From NCBI GenBank assembly GCA_963768055.1, contig CAVYGN010000002.1:1184001-1248000 (forward strand): 64,000 nt of DNA, in the 5' to 3' direction. A model generated the notes under the pieces. The model did no database searches, was not told the origin of the DNA, and saw only the letters and a program-made list of their open reading frames with translations. Position 1 is the stretch's first letter, and every line of letters starts with the position of its first letter. Origin of the DNA: an uncultured Spirochaetota bacterium. GTDB taxonomy: Bacteria; Spirochaetota; Brevinematia; Brevinematales; JAOACQ01. Below, one piece after another: positions 37,690-47,075 of the stretch. The position numbers were made by a program, and so were the translations under genes.

Positions 37690-39060
37690 TCAATCGTTAT
37701 AAACAGTGTCAGGAGTAAAGCGTGCCATCCCCAATTTCCTCCATTCGAAACCTAAAAGAATGGCTATTATTATAGATACAGCGGCGTCTGAAACAGGGAA
37801 AGCGGCGACAGCTCCATAAAACCCGAAAGCAGATGATAATATCAATAAAACCGGTACTATGATCAATACCTGCCTTAAAAGGAAAAGAAAAAGGGCCTCG
37901 AGGTTTCTCCCTACAGCATTGTAATATGTCGTTCCAATGATCTGTAAACCGAGGAATATGATCATGCACTGCGAATATTTAAGGGCCGGCGGTCCCATAT
38001 TCGATATATAAGAGTTGCCGGTGGAGAAAAGTGAAATGATCTCCCTGCTGAAGAAGAAAATCGGCAGGAACCCGAAGAAACAGAAAGCGCTTGAAGCAAT
38101 CAAGGCGTATTCAACTGTCTGTTTGGCTCTGCCTATCTGTTTTGCTCCGTAATTATACCCGATAATAGGTTGACATCCCTGGCTTATTCCGGTAACAACC
38201 ATGCTGAAAAAAATGTTGACGACCGATATGATCCCGATTATCGCCAGTGCATCGCTGCCGCCAAGCCTGCTGAAGACATTGTTCATTACGATCAGAAGTA
38301 CGCAAATCGCGATCTGTAAAGCGGAAGGCCCTGAACCTGCCGATAAAATACCCAGGATAACCCTTGAATCAAAGTGCATGTTTTTAATCCTAAGACGCAG
38401 AAAATTTTCCTTTCTGATAAAATACAAAAACGTCCATACGGCTGTCGTCAAAGAGGCTAAAAGTGTGGCGAACGCAGAACCCCTTATTCCCATGTGCAGG
38501 ATGAAAATAAAAATAGGGTTCAGGATAGTGTTGACAGCCGCTCCGGAAACCATGATATAAAGGGCCGTCATCGGACTTCCTTTTGCCCGGATGGTGTTGG
38601 TCAGGACAAAACCCACTGACTGGAACAATATCGAAAAAAGGATGACCTCCATAAACTGCTCAGCGTATATCAGGGACCTGCCGCTGCCCCCGAAAAAGAC
38701 CAGCAGGGGCCTCATAAAAAAGAAGCATACGACAGGCAGAATTATTCCGGCGATTACAGATAAAAGGAACGAATTGCCGATGATCGTCCCGGCCTCCTCG
38801 ATCTTTTTTTCACCCAGGCTTATGGACAGCCTAACCGCTGCGCCGACCCCGATAAGCATCATAAATGCAAATAATATCAGCATAAAAGGCATTGTTACCG
38901 TTACGCCCGACAGGGCGTCGGAGCCTACTCCCCGGCCTACGAAAATTCTGTCTACTACATTATAAAAGGCGCTTACCACCATTCCCGTAACGGCGGGGAT
39001 TGAAAATTTAAAGACCAGTTTGCCGATCCTTTCGGTGCCGAGTATTGTGTGTTTATCCAT
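37690..39060 (-). CDS. MATE efflux transporter (MepA-like)
   Basis: FSIPAVTGM, YNVVDRIFVG, QPIIGYNYGA, FLLRQV. Confidence 0.93.
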   Translation of the reverse strand: MDKHTILGTERIGKLVFKFSIPAVTGMVVSAFYNVVDRIFVGRGVGSDALSGVTVTMPFMLILFAFMMLIGVGAAVRLSISLGEKKIEEAGTIIGNSFLLSVIAGIILPVVCFFFMRPLLVFFGGSGRSLIYAEQFMEVILFSILFQSVGFVLTNTIRAKGSPMTALYIMVSGAAVNTILNPIFIFILHMGIRGSAFATLLASLTTAVWTFLYFIRKENFLRLRIKNMHFDSRVILGILSAGSGPSALQIAICVLLIVMNNVFSRLGGSDALAIIGIISVVNIFFSMVVTGISQGCQPIIGYNYGAKQIGRAKQTVEYALIASSAFCFFGFLPIFFFSREIISLFSTGNSYISNMGPPALKYSQCMIIFLGLQIIGTTYYNAVGRNLEALFLFLLRQVLIIVPVLLILSSAFGFYGAVAAFPVSDAAVSIIIAILLGFEWRKLGMARFTPDTVYND

Positions 39061-40084
39061 TATTTTTCTCCGGAAGGCATTCAAGTATGGAAACTCCCTT
39101 TTTCCCTATGATCTTATTCAATCTAAAGCCCGCCCTGTTTACCAGGCGTACGAACTCTTCCCTTGTCCTCTCCTTTCCTCCCGGGCACATGACCATCATT
39201 TGAATATCATTTATCATGCCGGCAATATTTCTTCCGGTGATAACATACTCGATTATCAGCAATTTTCCACCCGGTATTATAGCCTTCCTGCAGTTTTCTA
39301 AAATCTTTATTGCCTCATCGTCATTCCAGTCATGCAGTATCCTTTTTAAAATATAGCAATCCCCGCCTGGCGGTATACTTACAAAGATATCGCCCGGTTC
39401 GATTTTAATATTATCTTTCATTTCAGAACCTGAAAGATATTCTTTTGCATCTTTTATGACCGGGGGTAAATCGAACAAAACACCCCGGCACTTCCTGTGT
39501 TTTTCTAAAATTGCCGTCAGTAATAAGCCGTTTCCCCCGGCAATATCGACTATTTTCCTGAATCCGGAAAAATTATATGCTTTCAGGATCATCGGAATTT
39601 CATATTGCGTGAATATACGCATGCTTTTGTTAAAGGCTTCTCCCGATTCAGGGTTTTTATTCAAATATTCAAATAAATTCATGCCGAAAGCCTTCTGAAA
39701 AGCGCTTTCTCCCGTTTTAACGGCATAAAGCAATTCGCCCCATGCCTTCCAGGTCGAGTCTTCCCCGCGCATTATTGCGACAGGGCTCACTGAATCGGGA
39801 TTATCTGAAATAAAAAATTTCCCTGCTCTTGTCAAATAGAATTTTCCGTTCTTTTCTTTGTACAATCCTAATCCGGCGCAGGCTCTTAAAACACGGTAAA
39901 GAGAATCTCTATGTGTATTTGTCAATTCGGCTAGCTCATCAGCCGTTTTTCCTCCATTCTCAAGATAATCGGATATCTTTAGAACCGCCGCCGCATATAA
40001 CAATTGATTTTCCCTGTAGGCATGCAGTTTCATGATCATCAGACCTCTTAATGCAAAATCCGGTAAAAATCTAAAAATATTCAT
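39053..40084 (-). CDS. SAM-dependent O-methyltransferase (Methyltransf_2 with dimerisation domain)
   Basis: VDIAGGNG, FDLPPV, GDIF, ILHDWND, GGKERT. Confidence 0.92.
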   Translation of the reverse strand: MNIFRFLPDFALRGLMIMKLHAYRENQLLYAAAVLKISDYLENGGKTADELAELTNTHRDSLYRVLRACAGLGLYKEKNGKFYLTRAGKFFISDNPDSVSPVAIMRGEDSTWKAWGELLYAVKTGESAFQKAFGMNLFEYLNKNPESGEAFNKSMRIFTQYEIPMILKAYNFSGFRKIVDIAGGNGLLLTAILEKHRKCRGVLFDLPPVIKDAKEYLSGSEMKDNIKIEPGDIFVSIPPGGDCYILKRILHDWNDDEAIKILENCRKAIIPGGKLLIIEYVITGRNIAGMINDIQMMVMCPGGKERTREEFVRLVNRAGFRLNKIIGKKGVSILECLPEKNNG

Positions 40085-40108
40085 TCCCTGCTCCTCCATT
40101 ATAATCAC

Positions 40109-40744
40109 TCATAATCTTTTATAAATCTGCATCATTATATCCTGGTATCCGGCCATAACCCCTTTTTCAATACCCAGCGTTTTTTCCAGGGAATCTATAA
40201 ACGATGTTATAAGCCGCCCAAACTCGTCCTTTGTCCAGTGGAATAGTCCCGGGTCGAAAAGGATATGCGCCGTTACGATCATAGACTCGGCGTGTTCCTG
40301 AGGATAATCCGTTTTACAGTCCCCTGATCTGATACCCTCTTCGATGATCCGGGTATAAAAAGGGGTAAGCTTGCCGACCAGGGCGGTCACTATGCGTGTA
40401 TGAATATCCGCTTCCTGTATCCTGTGAAGATAACCGAAGTTCCTTAAGTTAACTTTTATCTCAGCAAGCGCCATGCCCTCTAATTTCTTCTTGAAATCCC
40501 AATCGGGATGATCCATGCATGCCGCTGCTTCGCTTGTGAGTTCGTCGGTGTAGCGTTCGATTATCGCATTGAGGATATCCTCTTTGGTTTTAAAATAATA
40601 ATAGAAAGTCCCCTGGGCAACTCCTATTTCTTTTACGATTTCACTCACCGATGTACGGATAAAACCCTTTTCAATAAAGAGCCTCTGTGCGGTATTGAGG
40701 ATTTCGCTTCGCCTCTCCTCATGGTCTTTCGTGATCCTGGTCAT
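40109..40744 (-). CDS. TetR-family regulator
   Basis: ILNTAQRLFIEKGF...GVAQGTFYYYFKTKE. Confidence 0.93.
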   Translation of the reverse strand: MTRITKDHEERRSEILNTAQRLFIEKGFIRTSVSEIVKEIGVAQGTFYYYFKTKEDILNAIIERYTDELTSEAAACMDHPDWDFKKKLEGMALAEIKVNLRNFGYLHRIQEADIHTRIVTALVGKLTPFYTRIIEEGIRSGDCKTDYPQEHAESMIVTAHILFDPGLFHWTKDEFGRLITSFIDSLEKTLGIEKGVMAGYQDIMMQIYKRL

Positions 40745-40760
40745 GCAGGCCTCCGTTCAT

Positions 40761-41228
40761 TTACCAGATTTTAGCGAAAACCGATAAGACAATCAAGGAA
40801 GCAGGTATAATCAGGTTAGCGAAAATTATCGCCGGGTTGCCGGATTTTCGATTATTATTTTTAACCAGATCAAAAATATGGATCACAGCGGCTCCAATCA
40901 GCATCGGGCAGTAAATAACAATGATCCCTATCCATAATGGGCTTTTGTACCATATGGATAAAATTCCCGCAAAGGCCCAGCCCAATTGAGAAAGGCCGAG
41001 TTCCTTCTGAAACAGATTCCCCCTTGGCCAGCCGTTTTTATCGGCTATCATAGCTGATCTGAAAATATGGCCATTGAAACACGTTATCCCGGACAGCGTT
41101 ACCGTAACCGTCATTTGATAAAAAAGCATGTTGTACGATATTGACTGCAGCGTCCTCAGCGACGGGTCGGCGACTGTAGTGATTAACCCTGTTATGATAC
41201 CTGCAATCCAAAAAAATAAAAAAATCAT
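40761..41228 (-). CDS. Small multi-TM membrane protein (DUF6790-like)
   Basis: GWPRGNLFQKELG motif; AAGGAGG RBS favours the Met at 41228. Confidence 0.7.
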   Translation of the reverse strand: MIFLFFWIAGIITGLITTVADPSLRTLQSISYNMLFYQMTVTVTLSGITCFNGHIFRSAMIADKNGWPRGNLFQKELGLSQLGWAFAGILSIWYKSPLWIGIIVIYCPMLIGAAVIHIFDLVKNNNRKSGNPAIIFANLIIPASLIVLSVFAKIW

Positions 41229-41405
41229 AGTTTTCTCCTCCTTCATTTAAAAAATTTATTATTTCATTGCCTACAACTTCATTACTGTCTGCATGGCCAG
41301 TAGTCGTCTTTCTCAGCCGAGATCAGCAGTACTCTTACTTCGAATTTCAATGTCAGTGATATTCAATTTGCCTGTAAGCGGTCATTGGAATTTTCTCAAG
41401 ATTTT

Positions 41406-41459
41406 AATATGACTGACTGTCAGTCATATTATTATATCATAATGACTGACTATCAGTCA
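41406..41459. promoter_or_regulatory. Tandem palindromic operators, probably for TetR 40109-40744
   Basis: AATATGACTGAC-T-GTCAGTCATATT (41406-41430) and TGACTGA-CTA-TCAGTCA (41443-41459). Confidence 0.8.
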
Positions 41460-41549
41460 AGTGTTTTGAAAAATTTATTTTAAATATAGGGCCCTTCTAA
41501 TAACCGCCTTTTCACGCCGGGCAAGTCGGTACAAGGGCGGCAAGGTTAG

Positions 41550-41592
41550 GCCCATAGGGTTTATGCCCGTAGGGTGTTTATGCCCGAAGGGT
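41550..41592. repeat. Three GCCC-RWA-GGGT mini-hairpin units (same family as 1748-1781)
   Basis: GCCCATAGGGT 41550, GCCCGTAGGGT 41565, GCCCGAAGGGT 41582. Confidence 0.7.
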
Positions 41593-41676
41593 GCGGTTTC
41601 ATTACGATTTGAACATTATTTATTAACAACATAGTTAGTTTTTGGAACCGCCCTATATTCCAATTAAATTGAATAT

Positions 41677-42480
41677 TTACCTTTTTACACCTGAAAAATA
41701 AAGAATGGATTTGATATTTCTGAATTCCTTGAATTCGAAATAATTGCTCCACTTGTCTTTTACCTCATCAAAATCATAAAATGGCGGTGTAAAGGATCCC
41801 AGCTTTTTGTAAATATTATTGATAAAAAAATCTGTAAACGCTCTTTCATTCTTTATGTAAAAACAACCCAATAATGATCCCCCGGGTTTTACAACCCTTG
41901 TTATTTCAGAAAGGGCTTTTTCCTTTTCAGGAAAGGCATGAAAGCCGTTCATAGTCATCAAAATATCGGCCGTGTTGTTTGCAAACGGCAGATTACCTAC
42001 GTCGCCCCGTATATATAGAACATTCTTAATGCCATCGGATTCATACCTTTCTTTTGCCTTTCTTAACATTCCCATCGAATAATCGATGGCGATAATCCGT
42101 GAAGATTCTGCGGCTTTTTTATAGAGGCCTGCGGTGAATACCCCTGTTCCGACCGGTATATCAAGGATTATCCGGTTAACGGAATCGGGAAATAAGGACA
42201 TCAATTGATTTACATAATCCGAATCGTATAATCCCCAGACAATTCTATTGTAAATACGTGTTAAAAAAGTTGAACTTGTAAGCAGTTTGTCATAGGAAGA
42301 AGAAACATGATCGTATGATTCCGAGATGTTGTCCTTTTTCTCTGAAATGAGGTCGATAATCCCTTCCTTAACCGGATATTTGATTTTTTTATCATACGAA
42401 CAGATAAAATTATTTTCACTGTCAGCCTTTAAAGGCTGTTTCGTCTTCGGACATACCAGACAATCGTAAACATTTATCAT
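41677..42480 (-). CDS. Class I SAM methyltransferase with Trm112-like N-terminus
   Basis: LVCPKTKQPL...YPVKEGI; LDIPVGTG, IDYS, GDVGNLPF, RVVKPGG; GGAGG RBS. Confidence 0.88.
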   Translation of the reverse strand: MINVYDCLVCPKTKQPLKADSENNFICSYDKKIKYPVKEGIIDLISEKKDNISESYDHVSSSYDKLLTSSTFLTRIYNRIVWGLYDSDYVNQLMSLFPDSVNRIILDIPVGTGVFTAGLYKKAAESSRIIAIDYSMGMLRKAKERYESDGIKNVLYIRGDVGNLPFANNTADILMTMNGFHAFPEKEKALSEITRVVKPGGSLLGCFYIKNERAFTDFFINNIYKKLGSFTPPFYDFDEVKDKWSNYFEFKEFRNIKSILYFSGVKR

Positions 42481-42528
42481 AAAGATCCTCCAATAATTAA
42501 AAAGCATATATTCAACTTTTTAAGTAAT

Positions 42529-42609
42529 ATAATATGAACAATATATTACATTCATATTATAATTTATGCATGAATTGTTGTCAATAATAATATGAATTAT
42601 TATTCATAT
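42529..42609. promoter_or_regulatory. Two ATATGAA...TTCATAT inverted repeats between divergent genes (candidate TetR operators)
   Basis: ATAATATGAA-N12-TTCATATTAT (42529-42560) and ATATGAAT-N4-ATTCATAT (42590-42609). Confidence 0.6.
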
Positions 42610-42664
42610 ATTTGACTGATCCTGTCTTGGAATGCTAAAATATCCATAGAAAGGCAGGATTTAT

Positions 42665-43276
42665 ATGGATCAAAATTTTGAAAAAACAAGGATACCTAAG
42701 CAAAAGCGAAGCATACGAACAAAAGAAAAGATACTTACCGCAGCCATGAATATTTTTGCCGGCAAGGGTTTTTATAATACTAACTCTAATGAAATCTCAT
42801 CGGCGGCCGGGGTTTCCACCGGCAGTTTTTACGCTTATTTCAGGGATAAAAAACATTTATTCCTTGAAGCAATGAACTATTATGATAAACAGATAATGGA
42901 ACAGTTAAAATCTAAATCGCCGTCCGATTATAAGAGCAAAAAAGAGTTATTGGAAAGTCAAATTAACAGCATTCTTCAAGCGCACCGGATCAATCCTGAA
43001 TTTCACCGCGAATTAAATGCGATGCAGCTTATGGACCCTGAAATAGAAAAAAGAGTTGAAGAGCAGGAAAAATTAGCGGTGGAATATATGCGTGGATACC
43101 TGGAAATTTATAAAGATCAAATCAGGGTGGAAGATTTGGAAGCAGCCTCTTATGTCGTTTACAAAACTGCGGAAAATTTGATACATAAAATAGTTTTCTC
43201 CGGCAATCATCCCGATGAAAGCAGTTTAATCAGGGAATTGCTGGATATGCTGTCGAGATACTTGTTTGAAGATTGA
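42665..43276 (+). CDS. TetR-family regulator
   Basis: PKQKRS...ILTAAMNIF...AGVSTGSFYAYFRDK. Confidence 0.93.
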   Translation: MDQNFEKTRIPKQKRSIRTKEKILTAAMNIFAGKGFYNTNSNEISSAAGVSTGSFYAYFRDKKHLFLEAMNYYDKQIMEQLKSKSPSDYKSKKELLESQINSILQAHRINPEFHRELNAMQLMDPEIEKRVEEQEKLAVEYMRGYLEIYKDQIRVEDLEAASYVVYKTAENLIHKIVFSGNHPDESSLIRELLDMLSRYLFED

Positions 43277-43330
43277 GCAATTTCAATTGAGCAATTTCAT
43301 ATTGACTAATCATCCGGGTTTTATTATCAT
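43272..43330 (+). promoter_or_regulatory. Exact 14-bp tandem duplication directly upstream of a sigma70-type promoter
   Basis: ATTGAGCAATTTCA x2 (43272-43299); TTGACT-N17-TATCAT (43302-43330). Confidence 0.6.
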
Positions 43331-43351
43331 TCTTTTTTGGAAGGTTTGACA

Positions 43352-44413
43352 ATGACGGATATACCGCTTACTCTTGAGGCCGTTCGCGACAACGCCCGGG
43401 TTAAATTAAAAGGGATCTGCGGGGTTTACCGCACCTGCGACGGAATAGAGGGACGCATATGCCAGGGGCATAGCTACGGTTCCCCTATAGGCATGGGCGG
43501 AGCAGGTTCGGGGGCATCCTTTGCGAGAAATGTAGAAGCGTTAAAGGCGCTTCGTCTTAAAGAGAGGCTCTGCGGGGAGGACGCAACTCCCGATACCAGT
43601 TTCGAATTTTTCGGCCGAAAGCTTGCGATGCCGGTCATGGGAGCCAGCGTCGCCGGGGTCAACAGTTTCGGAGGGGAAACGGTCATATCTGAAAAAGAAT
43701 TCTGCAGGGCCGTCGTGCTTGGATGCAGGGAAGCTGGAACTTTAGGCTGGAGGGGGGATTCTTTCAATTACTCTATAGAGCATCCCTACGGCATCGAGGC
43801 CATTTCCGAGGCCGGCGGCCTGGGGGTCCAGATAGTAAAGCCCAGGGAGCAGGCCGCAATTATTCGATTCTTCAAACTGGCGGAAAAAGCGGGCTGTACA
43901 GCGGTAGGCGTAGATATCGACGGCTGCGGTTCATACGCCATGAATAAACACAATCAGCCGGTATTCCGCAAAACCCCCGCCGAACTCATGGAACTTGTCA
44001 AATCGACCGCCCTCCCTGTGATATTCAAGGGCATTATGAGCCTGGAAGACGCGGAAAGAGTTTTAGAATCGGGGGCCGCAGCAATCGCGGTTTCAAATCA
44101 TGGCGGCAGGGTTCTGGACCATACTCCTGGCGTAGCCGAGGTTCTCCCGGGAATCGTAAAAGCTGCCGGCCGTTCCTGCATGATCTTAGTCGACGGCGGT
44201 GTAAGGAACGGGTACGATGTACTGAAAATGCTTGCATTGGGCGCCGATGCGGTCCTTGTGGGCCGGGATATTATACGGGCAGCTGTAGGCGGTGGAATTG
44301 AAGGGGTAAGCCTGCAGATGAAGACCTTGGGCGAAGACCTGGCTAAAGCTATGAAAATGACCGGGTGTGCGGCGCTTAAAGACGTCACCCGGGAGATTCT
44401 CATCCAATATTAA
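43352..44413 (+). CDS. FMN-dependent alpha-hydroxy acid dehydrogenase family protein
   Basis: PVIFKGI, VSNHGGR, VDGGVRNGYDVLKMLALGA. Confidence 0.92.
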   Translation: MTDIPLTLEAVRDNARVKLKGICGVYRTCDGIEGRICQGHSYGSPIGMGGAGSGASFARNVEALKALRLKERLCGEDATPDTSFEFFGRKLAMPVMGASVAGVNSFGGETVISEKEFCRAVVLGCREAGTLGWRGDSFNYSIEHPYGIEAISEAGGLGVQIVKPREQAAIIRFFKLAEKAGCTAVGVDIDGCGSYAMNKHNQPVFRKTPAELMELVKSTALPVIFKGIMSLEDAERVLESGAAAIAVSNHGGRVLDHTPGVAEVLPGIVKAAGRSCMILVDGGVRNGYDVLKMLALGADAVLVGRDIIRAAVGGGIEGVSLQMKTLGEDLAKAMKMTGCAALKDVTREILIQY

Positions 44414-44916
44414 GCCATATCGCTGTAAGAGCCGGTCAACAGGTCGCTTTCCTCTATTTCAAATAATTTTAAATAATAACCGCATTGTTCCAGTAATTTT
44501 TCTTTTCCTAACTTGCCTGTCCGGTCTATAGCCTCTATTTCAAAAAATTTACCCAAACCCTTAACTTTGTCGATATGAAATTTTACATTTTCAATATAAT
44601 AAATTTCCCTTTTCTTATCTACAATTTTCATGATCCCCAGCGAACCGGCCAATATACTCTTCAGGATTGAAGAGGGCTCCGTCTTAAACAGGGTATAATT
44701 CGACTCCTTCGGTCCTTTTTGATCGCTGCGGTTATAAAAGATCAGATTGTTTTCAATGTTTCCTTCCCTTAATTTCAGCCTTCCATTTTGAACATTAAAG
44801 TAAGTGTCAATCTGATGGTCAATGCCCTTATAATCGGCTTTCAGGCCCTTTAAAACCGACCTGATCCTATCAGGGTCTTTTGTCCTTGCTTTAATTTCCA
44901 CATTTAAAAAATCCAT
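44410..44916 (-). CDS. CYTH-domain protein (class IV adenylate cyclase-like)
   Basis: NVEIKAR, QIDTYF, LKLRE, FHID, FFEIE, SYSD. Confidence 0.88.
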   Translation of the reverse strand: MDFLNVEIKARTKDPDRIRSVLKGLKADYKGIDHQIDTYFNVQNGRLKLREGNIENNLIFYNRSDQKGPKESNYTLFKTEPSSILKSILAGSLGIMKIVDKKREIYYIENVKFHIDKVKGLGKFFEIEAIDRTGKLGKEKLLEQCGYYLKLFEIEESDLLTGSYSDMA

Positions 44917-44922
44917 TTAAAG

Positions 44923-46302
44923 TTAAACCATATTTTCGGGTTTGACATACCTGTCGAATTCTTCTTCAGTCAGAAGGGAGAGTTCGAGGGCGGCCTCTTT
45001 CAGGGTTATATCTTTCTCATGGGCCAGCTTGGCTATCCTTGCGGAATTTTCATACCCTATATACGGGTTAAGGGCTGTGACAACCATCAGGGTCCTTCCA
45101 AGATATTCGCCTATCCTTTTCCTGTTAGGGATTATTCCCTTCAGGCATTTTTCATTAAAACTTTCGATCGATCCGGATAAAATGCTGATGGACTGGAGCA
45201 GATTATATGCGATCACCGGGTTGTAAACATTCAATTCGAAATTGCCCGATGCTCCCGCTATTGTTATCGTGGAATGGTTGCCCATAACCTGCGTGCAGAC
45301 CATTGCCAGGGCTTCGCACTGGGTCGGGTTGACCTTGCCGGGCATTATGGAACTTCCCGGTTCGTTCTCCGGAAGAATCAGCTCTCCGATACCGCAGCGG
45401 GGGCCTGAGCCGAGCCACCTGATATCGTTGGTTATTTTCATCAGGGAAGCGGCAAAACTGTTCAGGGCCCCCGATAGGTGGACAAGATTGTCATGGCCTG
45501 CCATTAATGCGAATTTATTTCGTGCTGGCTTGAAGGGAAGATTCGTGTATTCCGAGATCAAGGCGCAAACCGCCGAGCCGAAACCCTCGGGAACGTTAAT
45601 ACCCGTGCCTACTGCCGAGCCGCCTACAGGCAATTCATGCACGTCCGGCAAAGCGCTTTTTACCCTATCTATCGAAGCCCTTACCTGCTCCGCGTATCCC
45701 GAAAATTCCTGCCCGAGCGTTATGGGGACCGCGTCCTGGAGGTGGGTTCTTCCGCATTTAATTATATCGGAGAATTCTCCGCTCTTTTGATTCAATGCGG
45801 CGAGCAGGCCCTGCGCGGAGGGCATAAGGTTCTTGTCTATCTCTATAGCGGCCGCGACCTGCATGGCCGAGGGAAACACATCGTTCGAAGATTGGGACAT
45901 ATTAACGTCATCGTTGGGATGAACCGGGTTTTTAGAACCTAATTTTCCACCCATTGATAGTATAGAAAAATTCGATACGACTTCGTTTACATTCATATTC
46001 GTCTGGGTGCCGCTTCCCGTCTGCCAGATCGACAGGGGGAAATGATCTTCGAGTCTTCCGCTCAGGATCTCGTCGCAGGCGCGGCAGATCGCCTCCATCT
46101 TTTCGGCCGGAAGTATCGAAAGTTTATTGTTGGCAACCGCTGACGCTTTCTTTATCATTGCCAGGGCGTAAATGATTTCCACCGGCATATTTTCATGGCC
46201 GATGTTAAAATTCTCAAGGGACCGTTGTGTCTGGCTTCCCCATAGTTTGTCGTTTTCAACCCTGGTTTCGCCCATCGTGTCGCTTTCAATCCTGTATTCC
46301 AT
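44923..46302 (-). CDS. fumC: Class II fumarate hydratase
   Basis: WQTGSGTQTNMN, HPNDDVN, GRTHLQDA, GSSIMPGKVNP. Confidence 0.96.
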   Translation of the reverse strand: MEYRIESDTMGETRVENDKLWGSQTQRSLENFNIGHENMPVEIIYALAMIKKASAVANNKLSILPAEKMEAICRACDEILSGRLEDHFPLSIWQTGSGTQTNMNVNEVVSNFSILSMGGKLGSKNPVHPNDDVNMSQSSNDVFPSAMQVAAAIEIDKNLMPSAQGLLAALNQKSGEFSDIIKCGRTHLQDAVPITLGQEFSGYAEQVRASIDRVKSALPDVHELPVGGSAVGTGINVPEGFGSAVCALISEYTNLPFKPARNKFALMAGHDNLVHLSGALNSFAASLMKITNDIRWLGSGPRCGIGELILPENEPGSSIMPGKVNPTQCEALAMVCTQVMGNHSTITIAGASGNFELNVYNPVIAYNLLQSISILSGSIESFNEKCLKGIIPNRKRIGEYLGRTLMVVTALNPYIGYENSARIAKLAHEKDITLKEAALELSLLTEEEFDRYVKPENMV

Positions 46303-46496
46303 TGGATTACCCCCTGAAAACGGGAAAGGAACGGAGAGCTTAGTGCCTGAATAACTCCATGTGTTATTCGCTTACTTAAAGTTTATTCGCAATTGATTTA
46401 AAATAGGATTTTAGTAAAATAGGGGGTAAAAGTCAAAATAATGAAATGTTTAAATTGCTCGTTTGTTCTTTACCGGCCGAACCACGATCCCTGCCG

Positions 46497-46775
46497 TCAG
46501 TTAGCCAGGGGTTGATCCCCCATTCCGGTAAATCCCGGCAGTTTTTCCTCGCTCATTACTACATAATCCTTGATAAGGTGCTTGATGTCGTTTATGAACG
46601 ACTGGGTCCATTCGGTATCATCGACGCCAACCATTGTCTCCAAGTTGAGTTCCCTTTTAAACTTCCTGAAACCCGTTTTGTTCCGAGGATACCTCTGTAT
46701 CTTATGAACCCCTTCCTCGATGCTATGAGCGATAAAAAAACTACTGGCGACCTTTACGGCGATTTTTTTTTCCAT
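46497..46775 (-). CDS. 92-aa hypothetical protein, probably leaderless and sigma54-transcribed
   Basis: ATG lies at about +2 of a -24/-12 promoter; globular alpha/beta-like sequence. Confidence 0.65.
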   Translation of the reverse strand: MEKKIAVKVASSFFIAHSIEEGVHKIQRYPRNKTGFRKFKRELNLETMVGVDDTEWTQSFINDIKHLIKDYVVMSEEKLPGFTGMGDQPLAN

Positions 46776-46786
46776 AATAATACTTA

Positions 46787-46802
46787 AGCAAATATAATGC
46801 CA
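46787..46802 (-). promoter_or_regulatory. Sigma54 (-24/-12) promoter
   Basis: Minus strand TGGCATTATATTTGCT: GG-N10-GC, one mismatch from TGGCAC-N5-TTGCW. Confidence 0.75.
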
Positions 46803-46921
46803 TATTTTTTAAAGTAAAATAGCCTGCGGTGAAAAATAACCGATAGTATTAAGGAATAAGGAATTAGATAAATGATCGACAGGTGCTCCCGCTTTTTATA
46901 TGTGTATTGTGAGAACGATCA

Positions 46922-46941
46922 ATGTTTAAATATTTGAACAT
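46922..46941. promoter_or_regulatory. Candidate upstream activator sequence
   Basis: ATGTTTAAATATTTGAACAT, near-perfect palindrome (TGT-N12-ACA), about 150 bp upstream of the inferred sigma54 start site. Confidence 0.45.
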
Positions 46942-47045
46942 ATTGTTAATAAACTGACAATTTTTTACCAGGTTTTCATTGGATGTCAAGCTCGTTCATT
47001 TTATTAAAATGAGTTTGATAAGATATGCATCTATCGTTGTGAGAA

Positions 47046-47075
47046 GTCGGCGGGCGAAAGCCCGCCGGCATTTTT
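47046..47075. terminator. GC-rich hairpin, likely intrinsic terminator after the sigma54 activator gene
   Basis: GTCGGCGGGC-GAAA-GCCCGCCGGC with a T5 tail on + and TTCTC on -. Confidence 0.7.

Noticed and set aside
41282..41350. Short minus-strand frame VLLISAEKDDYWP resembling an alpha/beta-hydrolase remnant
   Set aside because: Too short (about 22 codons) to support.
46446..46787. Plus-strand 113-aa ORF
   Set aside because: The antisense 92-aa ORF has the sigma54 promoter and a more protein-like sequence; not fully excluded.
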